A DNA stretch of 64,000 bases from a bacterium (GCA_021847485.1 JAJZRA010000004.1:463-64462); one strand, 5' to 3'; shown: positions 49,358-59,984, numbered from the stretch's first letter. Notes: a model not told the origin generated them from the letters alone. Numbers and translations: made by a program.

Positions 49358-49996
49358 ATGAAGAAAGCCGTCAGGATCTTACCGGTCATGGTCATGCTGC
49401 TGCTGCCGGGCGCCGCCGCCGCGCTGGAAGGCCCGGCCTATCCGTCCGGCGCCTACGCCCGGCTGCTGAAAGGGCTGCTGAAGGACTGCACCGGCGAAGG
49501 GAAGATAGCCGTGGCGGACTTCACGTACCCGGACGGCAGGGCTTCGGGCGACGGCGGGGTGGTGTCCGAGCGGCTCACCACCGAACTGGTGCGCCGGAAG
49601 AAGTTCCGCGTGGCCGAGCGCAAGGAGATGGACGCGGTGCTGGCCGAGCTGAAGCTGCAGAGCTCCGGCGCGATGGACCAGGGCTCGATCAAGAGCGTCG
49701 GCAAGATGCTGGGCGCCGACTGGCTGATCCTCGGCACGCTGACCGAGCTGCCCCGCGGCCGCATCGAGGTGAACGCGCGCCTGGTCGGGGTGGAGTCGGG
49801 AGAGATCGTCAACGCGGCCACGGCCAGGATAAAGAAGGACTGGCGCGACCGGCCGGCGGCCGAAGAGGCGGGGGAAGAGGAGTTCAAAAAGACCGACGAG
49901 CTCGACGAGTACGGCAAGGCGATCCGCAAGTTCATGGACAAGAAGGCCGGCGAGGAGAGGCACGTGATCAAGGAGCCGCCGCCCTCGTTCCAGTAG
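49358..49996 (+). CDS. FlgO/CsgG-like periplasmic or outer-membrane-associated protein
   Basis: KIAVADF, VAERKEMDAVLAELKLQSSG, GKMLGAD, VNARLVGVESGEI. Confidence 0.75.
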   Translation: MKKAVRILPVMVMLLLPGAAAALEGPAYPSGAYARLLKGLLKDCTGEGKIAVADFTYPDGRASGDGGVVSERLTTELVRRKKFRVAERKEMDAVLAELKLQSSGAMDQGSIKSVGKMLGADWLILGTLTELPRGRIEVNARLVGVESGEIVNAATARIKKDWRDRPAAEEAGEEEFKKTDELDEYGKAIRKFMDKKAGEERHVIKEPPPSFQ

Positions 49997-50010
49997 CCGC
50001 CGCGCGCGGC

Positions 50011-50048
50011 AAAAAGAAAGGCCGCCCGCTGCCGCGGGCGGCCTTTTT
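50011..50048. terminator. Bidirectional terminator
   Basis: aaaggccgcccgc/gcgggcggccttttt. Confidence 0.85.
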
Positions 50049-50065
50049 CGTCCCCGGCGGCGGCC

Positions 50066-50377
50066 TCAGGCGGCGCGGCCGGGCAGCTGGTAGGCCTCTA
50101 TCAGGTCGCGGATCGCCGCCGCGTCGGCCTTGCGGTGGCCGTGGCTCAGTATGGGGTTGGTCCCGCCGCTGGAGTCTATCCTGATGTCGGCCCAGAGGAG
50201 GCCGGTGCTGATGTTGACCGAGGCCACCTTGCTCATGGAGATCGTCTCCTCGTCGGAGCCGATCAGCCGCGGCTTTATGCGGGTGACCCGGTCCGGCGTT
50301 ATCTCTATGCGCACCGGGAAGAGCAGGTTGCCCGCCGTCCAGCGGCTGGCGGTGAAGACTTTTTTTTCTCCGGTCAT
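50066..50377 (-). CDS. Bacterial PH-domain protein
   Basis: 103 aa; EETISMSKVASVNISTGLLWADIRIDSSGG; AAGGAG RBS. Confidence 0.7.
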   Translation of the reverse strand: MTGEKKVFTASRWTAGNLLFPVRIEITPDRVTRIKPRLIGSDEETISMSKVASVNISTGLLWADIRIDSSGGTNPILSHGHRKADAAAIRDLIEAYQLPGRAA

Positions 50378-50392
50378 ATCGGCTCCTTCTCG

Positions 50393-51199
50393 CTACGGCA
50401 GCTTCAGCAGGTCCTTCACCGCGCCTACCAGCACGTTGGGGGTAAGGGGTTTCTTCAGCACGAGGACGCCGGGGACTCTCTCCAGGTCGGCGACCGCCTC
50501 CGGCCGGGCAGTGGCGAACATGACCGGCACCGGCGAGGCCAGCTGCACGCGCAGGCGCTCGAAGACCTTGCGCCCGCCGCCGCCCGGCATCTCCACGTCC
50601 AGCACCACGAGCTCGGGGCGGAAATCGTGGAAGACCGTCACGGCCACTACCGTGTCCTCGGCGGTCCTCACTTCGAAGCCGGCCTTGGAGAGGATCTCGG
50701 AATAGAGCGCGACGAGGGCCGGATCGTCGTCCACCACCAGCACGCGGCGCCTCGCCGCCCTGGCCCTGAGCGACGCCGAGGGCGGCGGCGGGGGGACCGG
50801 GTTCAGCTGGCGGCCGAAATGGGAGGGCAGCAGGCGCTTGATCTCGGCCAGCAGCGCCTCGGGGGGCGTGGGCTTGGCGATCACGGCCACGTTGTGCAGG
50901 CTCTTTACGCTGTGCGGCAGCAGCTCCGGCTTGCCGGTGGAGAAGATGACCGGCACCGGGTCCTTGAGGCTGTGGCGCAGCGTCTCGAAGACCAGCATGC
51001 CGCCGCCGGCGGGGATATTGAGGTCGAGCACTATCAGGTCGGACTTGAACTGCTGGTGGAGAGTGATGGCCGACAGGGCGTCCTCCGCGGTCTTCGCCTC
51101 GAAGCCCATATCGGAGAAGAACTCCCTGTAGAAGTCCAGGATGGCGGGGTTGTCCTCCACCGCCAGGATCCTGATAGGTTTTACGGAGCCCGTGACCAT
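50393..51199 (-). CDS. Tandem double-receiver response regulator
   Basis: Two REC domains (ILAVED..LDLNIPAGGG..KP; VLVVDDD..LDVEMPGGGG..KP) joined by Pro-rich linker. Confidence 0.85.
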   Translation of the reverse strand: MVTGSVKPIRILAVEDNPAILDFYREFFSDMGFEAKTAEDALSAITLHQQFKSDLIVLDLNIPAGGGMLVFETLRHSLKDPVPVIFSTGKPELLPHSVKSLHNVAVIAKPTPPEALLAEIKRLLPSHFGRQLNPVPPPPPSASLRARAARRRVLVVDDDPALVALYSEILSKAGFEVRTAEDTVVAVTVFHDFRPELVVLDVEMPGGGGRKVFERLRVQLASPVPVMFATARPEAVADLERVPGVLVLKKPLTPNVLVGAVKDLLKLP

Positions 51200-51295
51200 G
51201 TTATTTCCGTTCCAGAAATGATACAAAAAACAGGCGGGCTTTTTCGTCCGGCTATAAAACGAGCCGCCGCCCGTTATCGATATGGAGGTCCGTCC

Positions 51296-51709
51296 ATGAT
51301 ATTAAGGAGCATATTGCTGGCCGCGGTACTGGCCGTGCCGGCTGCCGCCCAGGCGCCCGAGGCGCCGGCTCCGGCCGCGCAGGTCTCGTCGCCGGCCGCG
51401 CCGCCCAGGCGCGGCAACCGGCTGCTGGCGTTCTATGTGCCGCAGATCCTGCTGGGCGTCTGCGCCCTTGCGGCGGCTTCCGAGGCCGCGGCGCGCCGTA
51501 GCCCGGAAAGGGGCCGGGCGCTGAGGGTAGCCTGGGACTGGGCGCTGCTGGCGGCCTTCGGGGCTTGCGCGGCGCTCGGCCTGCTGCTGCTCTTCCCGCT
51601 GGACCGGGCGCTGAAAGGCGCGGTCGAGCACGCGCACGTCTGGGCGGGAGCGGCCGCTACGGCCGCGGCCGGTTACCACGCCGTCAAGCGGATCAGAACT
51701 TTTATCTGA
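51296..51709 (+). CDS. Small membrane protein
   Basis: GGAGG RBS; signal plus TM helices, HVWAG..YH His pair. Confidence 0.55.
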   Translation: MILRSILLAAVLAVPAAAQAPEAPAPAAQVSSPAAPPRRGNRLLAFYVPQILLGVCALAAASEAAARRSPERGRALRVAWDWALLAAFGACAALGLLLLFPLDRALKGAVEHAHVWAGAAATAAAGYHAVKRIRTFI

Positions 51710-51719
51710 AGCGGCCGCA

Positions 51720-52190
51720 CTAGCGCGGGAACTTCGGGGGCGGCGGAGGATTGGGGTTCATCGGGCGCTCGTCGGCCGCCGGGCGCGCCGGCGGGGGCGG
51801 CGGGGGGGCGGCCTGCGCGGCCGCGGCGGCCGCCGGGTGCGCGGCGATCTGCCGCTTCACCTCGGCCATCAGCACGTCCGGGTCGGTGGGCTTGCGCAGC
51901 GCGGACACGTTGACCATCTTGGTCAGGTCGCCCAGCGTCTCCGGCTTGCCGGTGGAGAAGATTATCGGGACCAGGTCGTTCTGCTTGCGCAGCGTCTCGT
52001 AGACGAAGAGGCCGCCGCCGCCGGGGATGTTGAGGTCCTGCAGGATCACGTCGGCCTTGAACTGCTGCTGCTGCGCTATCGCGGCGGGGGCGGTGTCGGC
52101 GGTGCGCACCTCGAAGCCGGCGTCCTCGAAGAATTCCTTGGAGAAGTCCACTATCTCCTTGATGTCGTCCACCACGAGTATCTTGGCCAT
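51720..52190 (-). CDS. Single-domain response regulator with Pro-rich tail
   Basis: ILVVDD, QDLNIPGGGG, FSTG, RKP; GGAGGG RBS. Confidence 0.85.
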   Translation of the reverse strand: MAKILVVDDIKEIVDFSKEFFEDAGFEVRTADTAPAAIAQQQQFKADVILQDLNIPGGGGLFVYETLRKQNDLVPIIFSTGKPETLGDLTKMVNVSALRKPTDPDVLMAEVKRQIAAHPAAAAAAQAAPPPPPPARPAADERPMNPNPPPPPKFPR

Positions 52191-52217
52191 GATCTTCCCT
52201 CCGGCTATTATGATACC

Positions 52218-52257
52218 AAACAAATGAAGAGGGCGGAACTTGCGTCCCGCCCTCTTC
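52218..52257 (-). terminator. gdhA terminator
   Basis: gaagagggcgg/ccgccctcttc stem with U-rich tail on minus strand. Confidence 0.7.
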
Positions 52258-52280
52258 TTCGGTACAGGTGTAAGGACTTC

Positions 52281-53758
<1,478 letters not shown>

Positions 53759-53816
53759 CTCGGGGCGGGCCGGCCGCATACGCCGGAAAACCGGGCAAAA
53801 ATTGTAGAATTTAGGC

Positions 53817-54839
53817 ATGAGCTACCTGTACGCCCTGGCCGCGGCCGCTCTGTTCTCCGTGTCGGTCCCGGCCGGGAAACTGCTGCTGGCGCGCCTGCGC
53901 CCGCTGGAGCTGTCCGCGCTTTGCTACCTGGGCAGCGGGCTGGGCCTGGCGGCCTGGCGGCTGCTCGCCCGGGCGCCCGGAGAGGCGCCGCTCGGGCGCC
54001 GGGACCTGCCCAGCGCGGCGGGCTTCGTGCTGGCGGGCGGCGTGCTGGCCCCGCTGCTGCTTTTCACCGGTCTCGAGCGTACCTCGGCCTCCTCGGCGTC
54101 GATGCTGCTCAACTTCGAGCTGGTCTTCACCTCGTTGATAGCGGTGGCCGTTTTCAGGGAGCACGGCGGGGGGCGTTTCTGGACCGCCGCCGCGCTGATA
54201 ACCGCCGGCGGGCTGGCGCTCTCCTGGGAGGGAGGTCCGGCCGGGGTGGGGTGGGGGGCGGCGCTGGTGCTGGGAGCCTCCTTCATGTGGGGAGTGGACA
54301 ACAACCTGACCGCCCGGGTCTCCATAAAGGACCCCGTCACCATAGCGATGATCAAGGGCCTGGCCGGCGGCGCGGTCAACGCCCTGCTGGCCTGGCGCTC
54401 CGGCGGGGGAGCGCCTCCGGCAGGGTGGGCCGCGGCGGCGCTTGCCCTGGGCCTGCTCAGCTACGGGGTCAGCCTGGTGTTGTTCATCCGGGCCATGCGC
54501 GGCCTCGGCGCCTCCCGGGCGGGGGCTTTCTTCGGGGCCTATCCGTTCATGGGCGCCGCGCTGGGCGTGGCGGTCCTGGGCGAGCCCGTGACCGGCCGGC
54601 TGCTGGCGGGCGGGGCGCTGATGGCGGGGGCTTTCCTGCTGCTGGCCCTGGAGCGGCACGGACACCCGCACCGCCACGAGGCCCTCGAGCACGAGCACTC
54701 CCATACCCACGACGACCGGCATCACTCGCACGGCCACGGGGAGGCCCCCGGTGCGGCGCATTCCCACCCGCACCGGCACGAACCCGCCGAACACTCACAT
54801 CCGCATTCCCCGGACGCCCACCACAGGCATTCCCATTAA
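53817..54839 (+). CDS. DMT/EamA transporter with His-rich C-terminal tail
   Basis: About 10 TM helices, LLNFE, WGVDNNLT, LGE; tail with 23 His. Confidence 0.88.
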   Translation: MSYLYALAAAALFSVSVPAGKLLLARLRPLELSALCYLGSGLGLAAWRLLARAPGEAPLGRRDLPSAAGFVLAGGVLAPLLLFTGLERTSASSASMLLNFELVFTSLIAVAVFREHGGGRFWTAAALITAGGLALSWEGGPAGVGWGAALVLGASFMWGVDNNLTARVSIKDPVTIAMIKGLAGGAVNALLAWRSGGGAPPAGWAAAALALGLLSYGVSLVLFIRAMRGLGASRAGAFFGAYPFMGAALGVAVLGEPVTGRLLAGGALMAGAFLLLALERHGHPHRHEALEHEHSHTHDDRHHSHGHGEAPGAAHSHPHRHEPAEHSHPHSPDAHHRHSH

Positions 54840-54910
54840 AGGCGCCCTGGGCTTGAAAGTTTATTGATGTGACTTGAAGCCTTTAATTTTCTATACTAAA
54901 AAATAAATTT

Positions 54911-56563
54911 ATGAGAAAGACCGCCCTACTGCGCCTCCTGCTGCCGCTGGTCCTCTCCGTCCCGCTCTGCGCGGGCGAGTTCAAGGATAAAGGCGACACG
55001 ATAGCGGTGGACTTCCCTTCTGGCTGGGCCCCCGGCGGGAGCGACGACCCGGCGGTCACACTGAAACTGGAGAAGGGCAAGGCCTTCTTCGAGTTCTCCA
55101 GGCAGGATTCCGAACTTGGCGACTATTACCTGAAGGCCCGGGTCAAGGAGCAGGTGGACTCGCTGCGCTCCAAGGGCAACAGCCTCTCCGGAGAGATAAG
55201 GCCCGTCGGCATCCACGGCGTCTCCACGGCCTACTATACCTCCTACGAGTCGATGGGCGCCGAGGCCTATATCGCTTTCTTCACTTACAACGGCGTCTCC
55301 TACGCGGTCAGCGCCCGCGGCCTGGACGACGGCGAGTTCCGGGGCGTCCTTTTCAGCGTGCGCAAGCCCGGAGAGAAGATAGAGCTGCCCAAGCCCAGGA
55401 AGGTCCGCGTCGCCCGCCGCCGCAAGGTCAGGGCCGAGGACGACGAGGGGATAAAGACCCAGATCTTCAAGGACGGAGAGGCCGAGGCCTCCACCGCCGC
55501 CGCGCCCGGCCTGGAGGCCTCGACAGCCGCCGTAGCGGAGGTCTCAGGCGCCGCCGCCGCGGAGGGGCCGGCCGCCGCGGTGGAGCGGTCCACCTCGGGC
55601 GTGGCCGCAGCCGCCGGGGCCGCCGCCGGCCTTATGGAAGAGCTGGCCCGCAAGCGCGCCGAGAGCGGCCTGCCGCCCTACCTGCCGCGCAAGCCGCTGC
55701 CGCTCGCCTTCTGGGGCGCGCTGATAGGCCTTTGGATCGTCGGGTCCTTCGCGGCCCGCAAGGCCGCGGCCGGCTACCAGAACCCCAAGCTCCCGCCGCC
55801 GCCCGCCGACGTGCCGCCGGACTTCTTCTTCCCGTTCCTCGTCACCAGGATCCAGTCGCCCAAGGACGTTACCTACAACGTGCTGACCCGGCAGAAGCAG
55901 ATGCTGCTGGCCGACTACCCGCACGAGCATTCCCTCTACCTGGCCGGGGGCGTTTACGGGGCGCTTTTCTTCCACGTCGGCTGGAGCCTGCTGGCCTTCG
56001 CCGGCAAGGGCGACCTCGTCGTCAACGCGCTGCTGGCCGTGCCGCTGATCGGCCGGGCGCTGGCCTCGCTGCCCGAGATCTTCTTCATCGTGCCGGTCTT
56101 AGCCGGCGCGGCCATGTATTTCAACAAGCGGCGCCCGCTGCAACTCTACGACGCCCAGTCCACGCTGATGATGGAGGTCTCGCCCGACATCGGCTACGGC
56201 CTCATCAGGGACGGCAGCGGCAAGGAAGTCGCGCGCCTGGTGCGCAAGGGCGGCTTCTCGGACAGGCGCTGGGAGTTCGTCGACACGGACAACCTCGTGG
56301 TCTTCGAGATCCGCGACGACTTCCCGAAGGGCCGCCTGCCGCGCATGCTGTTCGGCAGTCTCGGCGGGGCGCTGGCCTCCCATTACGGCATCTTCGCGCA
56401 GGACAGGCGCGCGGGCTTCGTCTTCCTCGACCCCACTTCGGCGGACCGCTTCCAGGTCCACATGGATTACGCCTTCGCCCGGCTGGGCCACCCGGCCCAG
56501 ATCCTGGCGGCGGTGCTCTACGTGATCTCCCGCGAGAGGGACACCGCCTACCCGTCGTTCTAG
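54911..56563 (+). CDS. Membrane-anchored hypothetical protein (PsbP-like N-domain, TM helices, LURP/scramblase-like C-domain)
   Basis: Signal peptide; VDFPSGW; 3 TM segments; repeated IRDGSGKEV/FVDTDN beta-hairpins. Confidence 0.5.
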   Translation: MRKTALLRLLLPLVLSVPLCAGEFKDKGDTIAVDFPSGWAPGGSDDPAVTLKLEKGKAFFEFSRQDSELGDYYLKARVKEQVDSLRSKGNSLSGEIRPVGIHGVSTAYYTSYESMGAEAYIAFFTYNGVSYAVSARGLDDGEFRGVLFSVRKPGEKIELPKPRKVRVARRRKVRAEDDEGIKTQIFKDGEAEASTAAAPGLEASTAAVAEVSGAAAAEGPAAAVERSTSGVAAAAGAAAGLMEELARKRAESGLPPYLPRKPLPLAFWGALIGLWIVGSFAARKAAAGYQNPKLPPPPADVPPDFFFPFLVTRIQSPKDVTYNVLTRQKQMLLADYPHEHSLYLAGGVYGALFFHVGWSLLAFAGKGDLVVNALLAVPLIGRALASLPEIFFIVPVLAGAAMYFNKRRPLQLYDAQSTLMMEVSPDIGYGLIRDGSGKEVARLVRKGGFSDRRWEFVDTDNLVVFEIRDDFPKGRLPRMLFGSLGGALASHYGIFAQDRRAGFVFLDPTSADRFQVHMDYAFARLGHPAQILAAVLYVISRERDTAYPSF

Positions 56564-56573
56564 GAGGTTCGGC

Positions 56574-57680
56574 ATGAAGATCGGCATACTTACCGGCGGC
56601 GGCGACTGCCCCGGCCTCAACGCCGTCGTGCGCGGCGTCACCAAGTCCGCGCTGCGGCGGGGCTGGGAGGTGATCGGCTTCCGCGACGGCTACCGCGGCC
56701 TCGTCGAACAGGACTTCACCCAGCTGCACGACCACGACGTATCCGGCATCATCATCCGCGGCGGCACGATACTCGGCACTTCCAACACCGCCAACCCTTT
56801 CGCCTACACCCTGCCCCCGCTCGGCTCGGCGGCGAAACCCAAAGACCTTTCCTCCCTGGCCTTCCGCAATTTCAAGGCCCTGGGGCTCGACGCGCTCGTG
56901 GCGATCGGCGGCGACGGCACGCTTACGATGGCCGAGCAGCTCCACAAGCGCGGCATGCCGGTGGTCGGCGTGCCGAAAACGATAGACAACGACCTTTCCG
57001 CCACGGACGTGACCTTCGGCTTCGACTCGGCGCTGCGCGTCGCCACCGAGGCGGTGGACCGCGTGCACACCACGGCGGAGTCGCATAACCGGGTGATGAT
57101 AGTGGAGACGATGGGCCGCTACGCCGGCTGGATAGCGCTGCGCGCCGGCATAGCCGGCGGCGGGGACGTGATCCTGCTGCCCGAGATCCCCTATAAGCCC
57201 GAGGATATCGTGGCGGCGGTGATGGACCGCAAGCGCCGCGGCAAGAAGTTCTCCATCATCGTGGTAGCCGAGGGCGCGCGCCCGGCGAAGGGCAGGATGA
57301 CAGTGGCCAGCGTGGTGAAGGGCTCGCCCGACCCGCTGCGCCTGGGCGGCGTCTCCTACAAGATCGCCGCCCTGCTCGATAAGAGCCGCGTGGGCCTCGA
57401 GAGCCGCGTGGTGGTGCTGGGGCACGTGCAGCGCGGCGGCGAGCCTACCGCTTTCGACAGGTGGCTCGCGACCGGTTTCGGCGTGAAGGCGGCGGAACTG
57501 CTCGCGAAGCGCCGGTTCGGCCGGATGGTCTCTTTCCGTAAATACTCCTTCGCCGACGTGAAGATCGCCGAGGCGGTGGGCCGGCTGCGCCGCGTGACGC
57601 CCTCCTCCCCGGAGGTGCGCGGCGCTCTCGCCGTAGGGGTCGGCTTCGGCAACAGGAAGGTGACAGGCGATGGCCGCTGA
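56574..57680 (+). CDS. pfkA: 6-phosphofructokinase (ATP-type, group III subfamily)
   Basis: TGGGDCPGLN, GGTILGTS, GGDGT, PKTIDND, ETMGR, LGHVQRGG. Confidence 0.92.
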   Translation: MKIGILTGGGDCPGLNAVVRGVTKSALRRGWEVIGFRDGYRGLVEQDFTQLHDHDVSGIIIRGGTILGTSNTANPFAYTLPPLGSAAKPKDLSSLAFRNFKALGLDALVAIGGDGTLTMAEQLHKRGMPVVGVPKTIDNDLSATDVTFGFDSALRVATEAVDRVHTTAESHNRVMIVETMGRYAGWIALRAGIAGGGDVILLPEIPYKPEDIVAAVMDRKRRGKKFSIIVVAEGARPAKGRMTVASVVKGSPDPLRLGGVSYKIAALLDKSRVGLESRVVVLGHVQRGGEPTAFDRWLATGFGVKAAELLAKRRFGRMVSFRKYSFADVKIAEAVGRLRRVTPSSPEVRGALAVGVGFGNRKVTGDGR

Positions 57681-58398
57681 ACTGCTTTACGGCATAAACA
57701 CCGCCGAGGAGGTGCTGAAGGCGGGCCGCCGCCGCGTGCTGCGGCTGCTGGTCTCCCGCGACGAGAAGAGCCGCAGGGTCAACGAACTGGCCGCGCTGGC
57801 CCGGAAGGCCGGGGTCCGCGTGGAGTTCTGCGACCCGCGCGCGCTGGAACGCCTGGCGGCCGGCGGCAACCACCAGGGAGTGGTGCTGGAGGCGGAGCCT
57901 CCCCGCAAGCTGTCGCTCGAGGAGGCCCTGGCCTCCGAGAAGGACCTCAAGCGCACCGTCTGGGCCGCGCTGGACGGCATCACCGATCCCATGAACCTCG
58001 GCGCCATCGTCCGCTCGGCCGCGTGCCTGGGCGTGTCCACCGTGGTCCTGCCCGAGCGCCGCTCGGCCTCGCTGACGGGAGCGGCGCAGAAGACCGCTTC
58101 CGGCGCGGCGGAGCGCGTGAACGTGGTGGAGGTGGTGAACCTCAACCAGACCGTCATTAAACTTAAGGAAAAGGGCTTCTGGGTCTACGGCATGGACATG
58201 GGCGGCAAGCCGCTGCCGCAGGTGGATTTCACGCTGCCGGCGCTGGTCATCATCGGCTCCGAGGGCGAGGGGCTGCACCAGAAGACCCGCGAACACTGCG
58301 ACGAGATAGTCTCTATCCCGCAGAAAGGCGGCGTGGAAAGCCTGAACGCCTCCAACGCCGCCGCCGTGGTCTTCTACGAACTCTCCAAGAGGATCTGA
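57670..58398 (+). CDS. rlmB: 23S rRNA 2'-O-methyltransferase (RlmB/TrmH family)
   Basis: NHQGVV, LDGITDPMNLGAIVRSA, IGSEGEG, ESLNAS. Confidence 0.88.
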   Translation: MAAELLYGINTAEEVLKAGRRRVLRLLVSRDEKSRRVNELAALARKAGVRVEFCDPRALERLAAGGNHQGVVLEAEPPRKLSLEEALASEKDLKRTVWAALDGITDPMNLGAIVRSAACLGVSTVVLPERRSASLTGAAQKTASGAAERVNVVEVVNLNQTVIKLKEKGFWVYGMDMGGKPLPQVDFTLPALVIIGSEGEGLHQKTREHCDEIVSIPQKGGVESLNASNAAAVVFYELSKRI

Positions 58399-58418
58399 AA
58401 GAAGCGCTCTCCCGTTAT

Positions 58419-58502
58419 AAAAAGACAACGCGGGCACTCGCCCGCGCTGTCTCCCTCAAAGCTAAGGAGCGGAAAGCGACCGTCGATAAGGTGTTCCGCT
58501 CC
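58419..58502 (-). ncRNA. Candidate stand-alone small RNA (~84 nt, two hairpins)
   Basis: Begins just after -10 box; 5' stem GGAGCGGAA/UUCCGCUCC; 3' terminator AGACAGCGCGGGC/GCCCGCGUUGUCU+UUUU; no ORF. Confidence 0.6.
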
Positions 58503-58508
58503 AAAAAT

Positions 58509-58536
58509 AGTATAGCAGATTTTTTTTATTTGTCAA
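58509..58536 (-). promoter_or_regulatory. Near-consensus sigma70 promoter for the candidate sRNA
   Basis: TTGACA (58536-58531), 16 nt, TATACT (58514-58509) with extended TGn. Confidence 0.75.
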
Positions 58537-58565
58537 GGGGTGCGCCCTTGACATGTCAATAGCGG

Positions 58566-59834
58566 TCACTTCAGGACCAGCAGGTAGAGTTCGCCGGAGG
58601 CCTTCATCGAGGAGGCCTCGGTCTCGGCCGTGTCTCCGGTGCCCCAGAACAGGTCCACGCGGCCGGGGCCGCGGATGGCCGAGCCGGTGTCGTGCGTGGA
58701 GATGAAGCGGCTGAAATCCCTGAAGGCCAGGCCGTCGCCCTGCAGGACGGGCCGCCTGGACTTGAGCAGGCCGAACAGGCCGTAGGGGATGTACTTGGGA
58801 TCGATGGCTATGGAGCGGCCGGGGACCAGGGCCTGGCCGATGGCGCCGTAGGCCGCGCTGTCCTTCGGGCGTTCCTTGAAGAAGACGTAGCGCGGGTTCA
58901 GGTCGATCAGGCGCTCCTCGCGGGGCCCCTGTGCCGACAGGTACTTTATGAAGTCCTTGAACGACATGGACGGCGTCTCGCCGCAGTCTATCAGGAGCTT
59001 CTGCACGCTGCGGTACGGGTGGCCGTTGGCGCCGTCGAAGCCTGCGCGGATATGGTCCCCGTCGGGAAAGCGCAGCACGCCCGACCCCTGGATCTGCAGC
59101 AGCATGATCTGCGCCGGGTGGGCGGACCAGACCAGCTCCAGGCCTTTCCCGTCCAGCGCGCCCGCGTGGACCTCGGCGGTGGAATAGTGGCGGACCAGCC
59201 TGCCGTCCGCGTCGTAGCGGCCGTAGTCGAAATCGACTCCCATGTCGGCCGTGGTCTTGACCAGGTCGGCGGGCCGGAGCAGGACGGGATAGCGGTGCTC
59301 GGCGTCGGGCGAGCGGGTGACCGGTATCTCGGCCTCGTAGTAGCCGGTTATCACGGTCTTGCCTGAACCGTCGTCGGCGGAGGCGCGGTAGATCCTGAAG
59401 CGGGCCTGCAGCTCCCTGCGCAGGTCGGCGGGGAGGAGGTCCGAGGCGAAGAGCGCCTGCAGGGCCTTTATCGTGCGGCGCATGGCGGGCGCGTCGTAAG
59501 TTGCGCCGCCCAGCTGTATACGGGCCGTGTCCGGCCTGCCCTCCCAGTAGACGAGGTCCTCTTCCAGTATCTTCAGCAGGCCGGCCTTGTCCAGGTCGTC
59601 GGCGGGCAGCGGTAGCGCGTCGGCTCCGACCTCGGCCACTTCCCTGACGGCGGGCGCGTCGGCGTAGCCGTCGGCCCCCCGTAAAGAGTTCAACTTGGGA
59701 CAGGAGTCCAGGGTGTCGGCGGGGGCGCCGGGCTCGGGCGCTTCTACAGCTTCGCGCGCGGGCGCGTACCAGGGGGCCTGGCAGAAAGCCGCGGAGGGCA
59801 GGGAGACCAGCAGGGAGAGCACGGCCGCTTTCAT
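58566..59834 (-). CDS. mltA: MltA-family lytic murein transglycosylase
   Basis: TGYYE, LQIQGSG, NGHPYRS, NPRYVFF, SIAID, DTGSAIRGPGRVDLFWGTG. Confidence 0.92.
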   Translation of the reverse strand: MKAAVLSLLVSLPSAAFCQAPWYAPAREAVEAPEPGAPADTLDSCPKLNSLRGADGYADAPAVREVAEVGADALPLPADDLDKAGLLKILEEDLVYWEGRPDTARIQLGGATYDAPAMRRTIKALQALFASDLLPADLRRELQARFRIYRASADDGSGKTVITGYYEAEIPVTRSPDAEHRYPVLLRPADLVKTTADMGVDFDYGRYDADGRLVRHYSTAEVHAGALDGKGLELVWSAHPAQIMLLQIQGSGVLRFPDGDHIRAGFDGANGHPYRSVQKLLIDCGETPSMSFKDFIKYLSAQGPREERLIDLNPRYVFFKERPKDSAAYGAIGQALVPGRSIAIDPKYIPYGLFGLLKSRRPVLQGDGLAFRDFSRFISTHDTGSAIRGPGRVDLFWGTGDTAETEASSMKASGELYLLVLK

Positions 59835-59877
59835 ACCCAGAATGCTACATAAAAGGTTGAGGGAAATCAACCAAACG

Positions 59878-59978
59878 AATTATGGTGACGACGACAATTA
59901 TGGTGACACACAACTTAACTGCCGAATTGAATCGTGCGTCATCGCTAGGGGTGAATTAAGTTGTGTGTCACCGTAATT
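59878..59978. repeat. AT-rich inverted-repeat element (MITE/REPIN-like) with an extra partial left end
   Basis: aattatggtgacacacaacttaa (59896-59918) vs ttaagttgtgtgtcaccgtaatt (59956-59978), 22/23 match; direct copy aattatggtgac at 59878-59889. Confidence 0.8.
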
Positions 59979-59984
59979 TTTAAT

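Noticed and set aside
58531-58553. Hairpin as mltA terminator
   Set aside because: On the mltA strand it is followed by A residues, not U; fits better as part of the promoter or operator
59878-59918. Direct repeat aattatggtgac x2 as a possible CRISPR remnant
   Set aside because: Only two 12-bp copies 6 nt apart, no spacers, no cas genes; explained by the inverted-repeat element
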